Shown in pieces: positions 25,191 through 35,247 of a stretch of 64,000 nt of DNA (positions are counted from its first letter, which is position 1; every line of letters begins with the position of its first letter). The notes below the pieces were generated by a model. The model saw only the letters and a list, made by a program, of their open reading frames with translations. It made no database searches and was not told the origin of the DNA. The stretch spans positions 1,647-65,646 of the forward strand of contig JADFIA010000004.1 in the NCBI GenBank assembly GCA_022566895.1, given 5' to 3'. A program made the position numbers and the translations under genes. Origin of the DNA: Pseudomonadota bacterium. Lineage in GTDB: Bacteria > Pseudomonadota > Alphaproteobacteria > Sphingomonadales > SMXR01.

Positions 25191-25266
25191 GTGTTTAACT
25201 GCCCTACACACCCCCAGACTCTCTCACCTGCACCTCGCCGCCGCTGTCTTTATTTTGAGCCCTTTC
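25191..25266 (+). terminator. putative pspABC terminator
   Basis: 13-bp stem CGGCGGCGAGGTG / CACCTCGCCGCCG with a 37-nt loop, followed by CTGTCTTTATTTT. Confidence 0.45.
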
Positions 25267-25350
25267 TTTCCCCCCTCCGATTAACCATATATACTGGCGG
25301 CGTCAGCGGATGCCGCTGAACGGTTTTAATTTGCCTGGCAAGTAGGAATT

Positions 25351-25779
25351 ATGGCTGTCGCAGAGGTTACAATTGACGAGGTGATCGAGACCTTCCAGCT
25401 GTTCGACGACTGGGAGGACCGCTACCGCTATATTATCGATCTCGGGCGCCAGCTGCCCGAGCTGCCCGAGCGTTACCGTACCGAGACCTACAAGGTCCGG
25501 GGTTGCGCCAGCCAGGTCTGGTTCAACGTCAAAAGGAGCGGCGATATGCCGCCGCGCCTGACCTTTGAAGGTGACAGCGACGCCATGATCGTCAAGGGCC
25601 TGATGGCCATTCTGTTTCTGATCTACTCGGGCCGCACGGCCCGCGAGATCATGGAAACCGACGCCCAAGCGATCCTTGATCGGTTGGATCTGGCGCAGCA
25701 TCTTTCGCCGATGCGCACCAACGGTCTTTTTTCGATGTTGCAGCGGATCGGTCAAATGGCCGCCGCGGCAGCGGCCTGA
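25351..25779 (+). CDS. sufE: SufE family cysteine desulfuration (sulfur acceptor) protein
   Basis: DWEDRYRYIIDLG...YKVRGCASQVWF...GDSDAMIVKGL are the conserved SufE motifs, including the active-site Cys. Confidence 0.85.
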   Translation: MAVAEVTIDEVIETFQLFDDWEDRYRYIIDLGRQLPELPERYRTETYKVRGCASQVWFNVKRSGDMPPRLTFEGDSDAMIVKGLMAILFLIYSGRTAREIMETDAQAILDRLDLAQHLSPMRTNGLFSMLQRIGQMAAAAAA

Positions 25780-25800
25780 TCATAACCTGACTCGAATTGA

Positions 25801-25823
25801 AGAGGCCCCATGCAGGGGCCTCT
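25801..25823. terminator. bidirectional rho-independent terminator
   Basis: AGAGGCCCC-atgca-GGGGCCTCT followed by TTATT. It lies between convergent sufE and the NSS transporter gene. Confidence 0.7.
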
Positions 25824-25850
25824 TTATTCGGTTTGCCGATAGCTTGCCGC

Positions 25851-27218
25851 CTAGGCCAGCCCGGAGATCAGAATGGCGATGATCGCGACCGGGCAGAAGA
25901 ATTTGATCAACACATGCCAGATCGCGAAAATGCCGCCTTCGGGCAAGCCCAATTCGTCGCGCAAGACATTACGCTTGACCTGCCAGCCGACGAAGATGGC
26001 CAGCAACAGGGCGCCTATGGGCATGATCAGATTGGAGACAATAAAGTTATTTAGCTGGAAAAAGTCCATCTCGATCCCGAAGCTCGCCAGCGGATGGAAT
26101 TCGGCCAGATCATTTTGCGTGAAGACCGTCAAAAGACCGATCAAAAAGGCGATGCCGCCGCCAAAGATGGCCGATTTCCAACGGTTCATGTCTTGGCGTT
26201 CCTCGAAATAGGCGACCGCCGGCTCAAGCATCGAGATCGACGAGGTAACCGCGGCGATGGCCAGAAGTATGAAGAACAGCATGCCGAAGATCGCTCCGCC
26301 GGGCATCTGCCCGAAGGCGATCGGCAGGGTCTTGAAGATAAGGTCCGGCCCCGAACCGGGATTGAGCCCATAAGCGAAAACGAGCGGGAAGATGGCCATG
26401 CCGGCGATCAGCGCCACCCCGGTATCGGCCGCCGCAATCAGGGTGGCCGAGCGGTGAATGCTGATCGACTTTGGCAGATAGGCCCCGTAGGCCACCATCG
26501 TCCCGAGAGCCAGACTCAACGAGAAAAAGGCCTGACCGACAGCATTCAGGACCACCTCGCCGGTGAGCTTCGAAAAATCGGGCGCGAATAAATAATGAAG
26601 CGCGGCCAAAAATTCGCCGGTGGCCATGGAATAACCCGCGAGCATCAGGAGCAACAGGAACAGGACCGGCATCAGATAGGTGACCGCCTTTTCCAGCCCG
26701 GCGTTGATACCTTTGCCGACGATATATACGGTGACTGCAATGAACACGAAATGCCAGAACGCCATGACCGGCGTGCTTGCATAAAGCTCATCCAGGGCCG
26801 CCGCTGAATCCGCCGCCGTGAAGCCTAAAAACATGCCGCTGCCCGCCTTGATGATATAAGCCAGAACCCAGCCGGCGATGACGCTGTAAAAGGCCAGCAG
26901 TCCAAGCCCGCCGCCAAGGCTTGAGAGATGGCCGATCCAGCCCCAACGTTTCGAGCTGTTTGACTCCTCAGCCACATTGCGGATCGAAGTTATCGGGCTC
27001 ATTCTGCCGCGCCGCCCAATGGTCAACTCCGCGATCAGGACCGGCAGGCCAATAAGAACGACGAAGGCCACGTAAATCAGGACAAAAGCGGCCCCGCCAT
27101 TCTCGCCGGCCATATATGGAAAGCGCCAGATATTGCCGAGACCCACCGCGCTGCCAACCGCCGCAAAAATAAAAGGCATCCGCGACGACCACTGCGGGCG
27201 CACATCGGATTTTTCCAT
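25851..27218 (-). CDS. sodium-dependent transporter, NSS/SNF family
   Basis: GLGNIWRFPYMAGENGGAAFVLIY signature and about 12 TM helices. Confidence 0.88.
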   Translation of the reverse strand: MEKSDVRPQWSSRMPFIFAAVGSAVGLGNIWRFPYMAGENGGAAFVLIYVAFVVLIGLPVLIAELTIGRRGRMSPITSIRNVAEESNSSKRWGWIGHLSSLGGGLGLLAFYSVIAGWVLAYIIKAGSGMFLGFTAADSAAALDELYASTPVMAFWHFVFIAVTVYIVGKGINAGLEKAVTYLMPVLFLLLLMLAGYSMATGEFLAALHYLFAPDFSKLTGEVVLNAVGQAFFSLSLALGTMVAYGAYLPKSISIHRSATLIAAADTGVALIAGMAIFPLVFAYGLNPGSGPDLIFKTLPIAFGQMPGGAIFGMLFFILLAIAAVTSSISMLEPAVAYFEERQDMNRWKSAIFGGGIAFLIGLLTVFTQNDLAEFHPLASFGIEMDFFQLNNFIVSNLIMPIGALLLAIFVGWQVKRNVLRDELGLPEGGIFAIWHVLIKFFCPVAIIAILISGLA

Positions 27219-27340
27219 GGATTCCCCCTTCGGAAGATTGCCAGGCCGCCCCGGCAGCCCCCTCGATTAGGGCAGTTTACCGACTGCGTTCGACAGGTCA
27301 ATTGGCAAGATCGTAAAGCGGATCGGCTGAAGTCCCAGGA

Positions 27341-27895
27341 TTAGCGCCGCCGGTCCGGCTTTTCCAGGCGCGGCTTCAAAATTTCATAAGAGGTCAGCAC
27401 TGCCTGGAAGGACTTGACCGCGGCTTCGCCGGCGCCGGTGTCGGGATGGTATTTCTTGGCCAAACGGTGATAGCTCGCCTTTATCTCCTTGGCCGCGGCG
27501 TCGGATTCCAGACCCAAAGTCTCAAAAGCCTTGCGCTCGACCGCTGTCAGACCATCGGCGTCGGTCACACCACCCCAGCCGTAAACACCCGAAGTGCCAT
27601 AGCCGGCAGCCTCATGCGCCTCGCCGTGGGCGTAAGCTTGGACCTGTTCAGACGTCATGCCCTCGAAAAAGTTCCAGTTCCTATTGTATTCGGCCGCGTG
27701 GCGTTTGCAGAACCACCATTTGTGGTCCGAAAGTGGCGATTTGGGGGCCGGATGATCGGCCTTCTCGGTGCAGCTCTCATAATCGCATAGGCGCACCGTT
27801 GCCGTCTCACGGTCGGCCCCGTAACTGCCCCATTTGGGAAATCCCCAGTTTATTTTGGCCCGCGGCATGATCGCTAATCGCTCCTCGAGGTTCAA
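27341..27895 (-). CDS. J-domain protein with N-terminal Cys/His-rich domain
   Basis: C-terminal J domain AFETLGLESDAAAKEIKASYHRLAKKYHPDTG. N-terminal C..C...H...FC..H pattern. Confidence 0.7.
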   Translation of the reverse strand: MNLEERLAIMPRAKINWGFPKWGSYGADRETATVRLCDYESCTEKADHPAPKSPLSDHKWWFCKRHAAEYNRNWNFFEGMTSEQVQAYAHGEAHEAAGYGTSGVYGWGGVTDADGLTAVERKAFETLGLESDAAAKEIKASYHRLAKKYHPDTGAGEAAVKSFQAVLTSYEILKPRLEKPDRRR

Positions 27896-27959
27896 CCGCC
27901 CAGCCTACCACGCCGAGCGTGTGGCACCTGGCCTAATTCCAAAAATTTCCTGGACTCGT

Positions 27960-29564
27960 TCAGGAGGCAGTCGGTGCCGCAGCCCGAACCTCTTCGTCGA
28001 CGTAATCCTCGAACTGGGTGAAATTCTCTAAGAATTGCCTGACCAGATGCTTCGCCTTGGCGTCAAAGGCGTCCTTGTCGTCCCAGGTCTGCCTTGGATC
28101 AAGGATCGACGCCTCGACCCCGGACACCGCTTGCGGCACCTCAAAGCCGAATTTCTCGTCCCGGCGCATCGGCCCCGAGGCCAGCGAACCGTCGAGGGCG
28201 GCATTTAACAGAGTCCGCGTAACCTGGATCGGCATGCGGTGCCCAACGCCGTATTCGCCACCGGTCCAGCCGGTATTGACGAGCCAGCAGTTAACTCCGC
28301 CTTCAGCGATCTTCTTCCTCAGGAGGTTTCCGTAAACGCTCGGATGGCGCGGCATAAACGGCGCCCCGAAACAAGCCGAGAAGGTCGCCTGCGGTTCCTT
28401 GATGCCGATCTCGGTGCCCGCCACTTTGGCCGTATAACCCGATATAAAGTGGTACATCGCCTGCTCCGGGGTCAGGCGGGCAACCGGCGGCAGGACGCCA
28501 AAAGCGTCTGCTGTCAGCATGATGATGTTCTTGGGCAGGCCGCCCCGGTTCTCGGCTGAAGTATTGGGAATAAAGTCGATCGGGTAGGCGGCGCGCGTAT
28601 TTTCTGCCAGAGCGTTGTCATCGAGGTCGAGCTCACGGGTCTCGTCATCCATCACCACATTCTCAAGGATCGTGCCGAAGCGTCGCGTGGTGGCGTAAAT
28701 TTCGGGCTCGGCCTCCTCTGAAAGGCGGATTATCTTGGCATAGCACCCACCCTCGAAATTGAACACATGGGTATCCGACCAGCCGTGTTCATCGTCACCG
28801 ATAAGGGTTCTTGACGAATCCGCCGAAAGGGTCGTCTTGCCGGTGCCCGAAAGGCCAAAGAAGATCGCCACATCCCCCTGTGGGCCAATGTTGGCCGAAC
28901 AATGCATCGGCATGATGCCACGCTCTGGCAACAGAAAGTTCAGGATCGAGAACACAGATTTCTTTATCTCGCCGGCGTAGGCCGTGCCGCCGATGAGCAC
29001 CATCTTGTTTTCGAAATCGAGCGCGATCACGGTTTCCGAATTTGTCCCGTCGAGCGCCGGATCGGCCTTAAAGTTCGGCGCGTTGAGGATCGTGAATTCG
29101 GGTATGAAATCGGCCAGTTCGGTATTCTCAGGCTGGATCAGCATGGTCGCAGCGAACAGCGAATGCCAGGCCGTCTCGGTCACCACCCGCACCGCAACCC
29201 GGTTCGCTTCATCGGAGCCGCCCCACAGATCCTGGATAAAAACGTCCCGGCCTTCAAAATGTTTCAGGAACTTGGCATGCAGGCCGTCGAAATGGGCTTG
29301 GCTCATCGGCCGGTTCACATCGCCCCACCAGACGGTGTCCCGCGAGCGGTCGTTTTCAACCAGGAACTTGTCGTTGGCCGAGCGCCCGGTGTGGCGGCCG
29401 GTCTCGACAACCAGAGCCCCGAACTTGGAAATCCGGCCTTCCTGACGCTGTATCGCTGCCTCATAAAGCGCCGCACGCCCGAGGTTCCAATGGCCGGCCT
29501 TGACCCCGCCCAGTCCTTGTTGATCAAGACCGTAGGTGCTTACATGCGTACCGAATACATCCAA
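27960..29564 (-). CDS. pckA: phosphoenolpyruvate carboxykinase (ATP)
   Basis: [11 protein letters not shown] kinase-1a loop. 534 aa and collinear with PckA throughout. Confidence 0.92.
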   Translation of the reverse strand: MDVFGTHVSTYGLDQQGLGGVKAGHWNLGRAALYEAAIQRQEGRISKFGALVVETGRHTGRSANDKFLVENDRSRDTVWWGDVNRPMSQAHFDGLHAKFLKHFEGRDVFIQDLWGGSDEANRVAVRVVTETAWHSLFAATMLIQPENTELADFIPEFTILNAPNFKADPALDGTNSETVIALDFENKMVLIGGTAYAGEIKKSVFSILNFLLPERGIMPMHCSANIGPQGDVAIFFGLSGTGKTTLSADSSRTLIGDDEHGWSDTHVFNFEGGCYAKIIRLSEEAEPEIYATTRRFGTILENVVMDDETRELDLDDNALAENTRAAYPIDFIPNTSAENRGGLPKNIIMLTADAFGVLPPVARLTPEQAMYHFISGYTAKVAGTEIGIKEPQATFSACFGAPFMPRHPSVYGNLLRKKIAEGGVNCWLVNTGWTGGEYGVGHRMPIQVTRTLLNAALDGSLASGPMRRDEKFGFEVPQAVSGVEASILDPRQTWDDKDAFDAKAKHLVRQFLENFTQFEDYVDEEVRAAAPTAS

Positions 29565-29968
29565 CTTGATGTCCTTCCAGCTTTTCCCGTAACAGCCGAG
29601 CCTTATTGAGGCCCGGTCCAGGGCAACGTCGGCTCGAGCGCGAACGGCGGCACATTGTTTGGCAACGTCTTTAAAATCAATCCCTAACTTTACGATTGTA
29701 TTTTAATTATAGAAATCGCATCGACTGCACAAGCAGTGTGCGTAAGCCGCTCTCGGCGCACAAGAATTCGCTGCCAGGCGCTTTCAGCCGCTGCCACGCT
29801 GCTTGCCGCCGCCTACCGAGTCTTGAAATTCCTTTAACCATCCACAAGCAGTCCCTTGCCATATTATGGTCGAAGTGGCTTGATAGCGCTTTCAACCGTG
29901 CGGTCGAGGATGCTGGGTGAATAATGCAGCAGATTAGCGGCCTCAGCGATAGGACGGGAGCCGGTATT

Positions 29969-30676
29969 ATGAGCGCCAATATTGCCCTGGTGGATGACGA
30001 TCGGAATATCCTGACCTCGGTGACCATATCATTGGAGGCCGAGGGTTTTCAGGTGCGCACTTATTCGGACGGCGCCAGCGCCCTAAAAGCGCTGATCGAA
30101 AAGCCGGCTGATCTGGCGGTCCTCGATATCAAGATGCCGCGGATGGACGGTATCGAGCTGTTGCGACGGCTGCGGCAATCGAGCGACATGCCGGTCATAT
30201 TCCTGACTTCCAAGGACGAAGAGATCGATGAAATGCTGGGCCTAAAAATGGGCGCCGACGACTATATCAACAAGCCGTTTTCGCAGCGTCTGCTGATCGA
30301 ACGAATTCGCGCCGTGCTCAGACGCACAAGCGCCGAGCGCAGGATCGGAAAAGGGGAGCGCGAGGCCAAGGACCAGATAGTCGTGCGCGGCAAGCTGACC
30401 CTCGATCCGCTACGGCATCTGGTGAAATGGGGCGATCGGGAAATCCGCTTGACGGTGACCGAGTTCCTGATTCTGCAATCACTGGCCCAGCGCCCGGGAC
30501 ACGTCAAAAGCCGCGACCAGCTTATGGACGCCGCTTACGCCGACGACGTCTATGTTGACGACCGCACCATCGACAGCCACATCAAGCGCCTGCGCAAAAA
30601 GTTCCGCGCTGCGGACGATGAATTCGCATGCATCGAAACCCTCTATGGGGTCGGGTACCGTTACAGTGAGGGCTGA
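29969..30676 (+). CDS. chvI: OmpR-family response regulator ChvI/BvrR type
   Basis: Receiver domain [11 protein letters not shown]...[11 protein letters not shown] plus a winged-helix C-terminus. Position is diagnostic: divergent from pckA and upstream of chvG-hprK. Confidence 0.85.
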   Translation: MSANIALVDDDRNILTSVTISLEAEGFQVRTYSDGASALKALIEKPADLAVLDIKMPRMDGIELLRRLRQSSDMPVIFLTSKDEEIDEMLGLKMGADDYINKPFSQRLLIERIRAVLRRTSAERRIGKGEREAKDQIVVRGKLTLDPLRHLVKWGDREIRLTVTEFLILQSLAQRPGHVKSRDQLMDAAYADDVYVDDRTIDSHIKRLRKKFRAADDEFACIETLYGVGYRYSEG

Positions 30677-32316
30677 TGACTAACGGGCAGCGCAATCCGG
30701 CTGATGACCGGCGTCGGCGTCTTTCCTTGGCCATCATGTCTCCTATTCTTTGGCGTATTATGGCCGTCAACCTGTTGGCCCTCGGGGTCTTCGGAGGCGG
30801 TATTCTCTACCTCGATCAGTTTCGCGACAATCTGATGGATCAGCATATTGCCAGCCTCGAGGCGCAGGCCGAGATCATTGCGGCAGCGCTTGGGGAATCG
30901 GCCGCCGCGGGACCCGAAAGCGTAGATCTGACGCCCTTGCCGGCCCGCCAGATGATCCAGCGACTGGCGCCGCCGACCGGCACCCGGGCCCGGTTGTTTT
31001 CGGTCGGCGGCACGCTCATCGCCGACAGCCGCGACATGGGGCCGGCACGCTCGGTTTACACGGTGCCACTGCCGCCCGAAGGAGAAACTCAGAGCCTTAA
31101 GGACCGCTTTATCGCTTGGCTTAATCGCTCACTCGACAAGCTTGGCTCTAATCAAAATCTGCCGCTTTACACCGAGCGGCCGGATCAACAAGCAAGCGAT
31201 TACGCAGAGGTGGTAGCCGCCTTGGCGGGTGAATCGCAGACTCTGGTCAGGCGGCTCGAGAACGGCACGTTGCTGATCTCAGTGGCCGAACCCGTGCAGC
31301 GCTTTCGCCGTGTTTTGGGCGCCCTGATGCTCAGCGCCGACAGTGCCCGTATTCAGGCAATTATCGAGCAGGAGCGCCTGACGATCCTGCGGGTGATCTC
31401 GATTGCCATTGCCATCACCCTTCTTTTGTCGGTTTTCCTGGCGGGCACCATCGCCCGGCCCATCCGCGGCCTTGCGCGGGCCGCGGATCGGGTGAAAGGC
31501 GGCATTGGCCGCTCCGAGGTCTTGCACAAATTCACGGCCCGGCGTGACGAGATCGGCAGCCTGTCGCGTTCCCTGGCCAGCATGACCCAAAGACTCTACC
31601 GCCAGCTCGATGCCATGGAGCAGTTTGCGGCCGACGTCACCCATGAGATAAAAAACCCGCTGTCGTCGCTGCGCAGCGCCGTCGAAACGTTGCAGCGCTC
31701 CGACGATCCCGAGATCCAGGCAAAACTCTTGGGCATCATCCAGGACGATGTACGGCGACTCGACCGGCTAATCAGCGATATCGCCGATGCCTCGCGTCTC
31801 GATGCAGAGCTGTCCCGCAGCCATATGGAACCGGTGGATGTCGGCCTTCTGGTCACCACCCTTATTGAAGCCTACAGAACCACAATGGGAAAACGCCAGA
31901 CGGTGATCGATTTCGAGCCGCCGGAGCCGGGCCAGTTCGTAATCAACGGCATCGAGGGGCGGCTCGGACAGGTAATGCGCAACCTGATCGATAACGCGCT
32001 ATCCTTCACCCCGAAGGGCGGCGATATCAACGTTTATCTGGCCAAGGAAAAGGGCTGTCTGGTCATTTTGGTCGAGGACGAGGGTCCAGGTCTGCCGGAA
32101 GGAGCCGAGACCCGGATCTTCGAGCGCTTTTACACCGAACGGCCAAGCCGCGAGCTCTTTGGTCGCCACTCCGGGTTGGGCCTTAGCATCTCCCGTCAAA
32201 TTGTCGAAGCGCACGGCGGGCGAATCGAGGCTCGAAACCGCAGCGAATCCGGGCCAGATGCAGCCGAGAAAGCTCAATCGGGCGCCCAGTTCAGAATCGA
32301 GCTGCCGCTGGAATAA
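30676..32316 (+). CDS. chvG: sensor histidine kinase ChvG/BvrS/ExoS type
   Basis: Two TM helices flank a periplasmic domain, followed by HAMP. H-box FAADVTHEIKNPLSSL. N/G boxes are intact (NLIDNALSF, EDEGPG, GLGLSI). The start overlaps the chvI stop. Confidence 0.85.
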   Translation: MTNGQRNPADDRRRRLSLAIMSPILWRIMAVNLLALGVFGGGILYLDQFRDNLMDQHIASLEAQAEIIAAALGESAAAGPESVDLTPLPARQMIQRLAPPTGTRARLFSVGGTLIADSRDMGPARSVYTVPLPPEGETQSLKDRFIAWLNRSLDKLGSNQNLPLYTERPDQQASDYAEVVAALAGESQTLVRRLENGTLLISVAEPVQRFRRVLGALMLSADSARIQAIIEQERLTILRVISIAIAITLLLSVFLAGTIARPIRGLARAADRVKGGIGRSEVLHKFTARRDEIGSLSRSLASMTQRLYRQLDAMEQFAADVTHEIKNPLSSLRSAVETLQRSDDPEIQAKLLGIIQDDVRRLDRLISDIADASRLDAELSRSHMEPVDVGLLVTTLIEAYRTTMGKRQTVIDFEPPEPGQFVINGIEGRLGQVMRNLIDNALSFTPKGGDINVYLAKEKGCLVILVEDEGPGLPEGAETRIFERFYTERPSRELFGRHSGLGLSISRQIVEAHGGRIEARNRSESGPDAAEKAQSGAQFRIELPLE

Positions 32317-32387
32317 GCAACCCTTTCAAGGGGGGTCCTTGCTGCCTGGGGATTGACGCCAGTTAAAAGCTGCATCAGGCTGCGGGT

Positions 32388-32819
32388 ATGAAGACCGTTC
32401 ATGCGACCAGCGTCGCCATCGACAAGATGGCGATTCTCATCCGCGGCGAGCCGGGTGCCGGCAAATCAGATTTGGCCTTGAGGCTGGTGGATGAAGGCGC
32501 GGTTTTGATTGCCGACGATTACACCAATCTGTTCCGCAAGGGTCGTGACCTGATCGCCTCGCCGCCGCCCAGGATCGCCGGCCAGATGGAGGTGCGCGGG
32601 CTTGGTGTGCACGAATTTCCCCATGCCAGCGGCCTAACCATCAGATTGCTGGTCGACCTGGTGCCTGGCGAAATCGTGGAACGTCTGCCCGAGACCGTCT
32701 GGGAGGAAATCGACGGCGTCAGGATTTTGCGGATCAAAATAGATCCATTCGAAGCCTCGGCAACCGCAAAGGTCCGGCTGGCGGTGCGTCAAAAACCCGC
32801 TCGCGGCATGATCCTTTGA
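32388..32819 (+). CDS. hprK: truncated HPr kinase/phosphorylase (alphaproteobacterial short form)
   Basis: GEPGAGKSDLALRL P-loop and MEVRGLGV. 143 aa, lacking the N-terminal domain. Confidence 0.85.
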   Translation: MKTVHATSVAIDKMAILIRGEPGAGKSDLALRLVDEGAVLIADDYTNLFRKGRDLIASPPPRIAGQMEVRGLGVHEFPHASGLTIRLLVDLVPGEIVERLPETVWEEIDGVRILRIKIDPFEASATAKVRLAVRQKPARGMIL

Positions 32820-32989
32820 CCACAAGCACCCCTGTTGAGGTACATCTTCAGCCGTGGCATATGCGAAATTGCTGGCAAAAGTCGGGTGCCGCGTGAATAT
32901 TAACCGTCGCGAATCACCCTGGAGTCTGGCTGGCCGGGGAAACGAACCCGTACCTTGGCCGCGCGGGGCATCAAAGGAGCAATTTTGAA

Positions 32990-33397
32990 ATGATCGGAAT
33001 GGTTTTGGTAACCCACGGCAGACTGGCTGCCGAGTTCGTCGCTGCAATGGAACATGTTGTGGGACCGCAGGACGCAGTTCGAATCGTCTGCATCGGTCCG
33101 GACGATGACATGGAGAAGCGGCGGGCCGAGATACTTGACGCGGTCCAGGAGGTCGAATCCGGCTCTGGGGTCATTGTCTTGACCGACATGTTTGGCGGCA
33201 CGCCATCGAACCTGGCGCTCTCGATCATGGACCAGGGCAAAATCGAGGTTGTCGCGGGGACCAATTTGCCAATGCTGATCAAGCTGGCCAGCCTGCGCCA
33301 AAGCGCCAGCCTCGAAGAGGCGATCGGAGCGGCCCAGGATGCTGGTCGAAAGTACATTAACGTGGCTTCCAAAGTCTTGGCGGGCGAGCAGGACTGA
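32990..33397 (+). CDS. ptsM: PTS EIIA component, mannose family
   Basis: MIGMVLVTHGRLAAEF (phospho-His context) and ...TDMFGGTPSN. Confidence 0.85.
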   Translation: MIGMVLVTHGRLAAEFVAAMEHVVGPQDAVRIVCIGPDDDMEKRRAEILDAVQEVESGSGVIVLTDMFGGTPSNLALSIMDQGKIEVVAGTNLPMLIKLASLRQSASLEEAIGAAQDAGRKYINVASKVLAGEQD

Positions 33398-33433
33398 CCG
33401 ACTCTCAAGCGGACAATTCCAGGGGATCGTTCA

Positions 33434-33730
33434 ATGAAACGCGCGGCCGACAGGGTAAAGGTGTTGGAACGACACGTCCGCGTGTGCAATAAGCGCGGTC
33501 TCCACGCCCGCGCCGCGGCAAAGTTTGTGCGCCTAGCAGATACCTTTCGCTGCCGGATTATAGTCAAAAAAGAGGATATCGAGGTTGCTGGCACTTCGAT
33601 TATGGGGCTTTTATTGCTGGCAGCTGCCGAGGGCGAGGAGCTGACTTTGCGGGCCAGCGGTCCGCGGGCCGAAGAGGCCCTGGATGCCCTCGAGGAGCTG
33701 ATTTGCAGCCGCTTCAAGGAGGGGGCCTGA
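33434..33730 (+). CDS. ptsO: HPr/NPr phosphocarrier protein
   Basis: NKRGLHARAAAKF (active His) and GTSIMGLLLL (regulatory Ser region). Confidence 0.85.
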   Translation: MKRAADRVKVLERHVRVCNKRGLHARAAAKFVRLADTFRCRIIVKKEDIEVAGTSIMGLLLLAAAEGEELTLRASGPRAEEALDALEELICSRFKEGA

Positions 33731-33777
33731 GAGCCACCCGACGTGATCCTTGCAGCGATCGGGCACCACTGATATAA

Positions 33778-35166
<1,389 letters not shown>

Positions 35167-35247
35167 ACCTCTCTCCGGATGTTGCATCATCCGCCGATTG
35201 AAAGCTCTTGCCCGCGACCTCCGGCGACGCGTATTCTGGCCGGCGAT

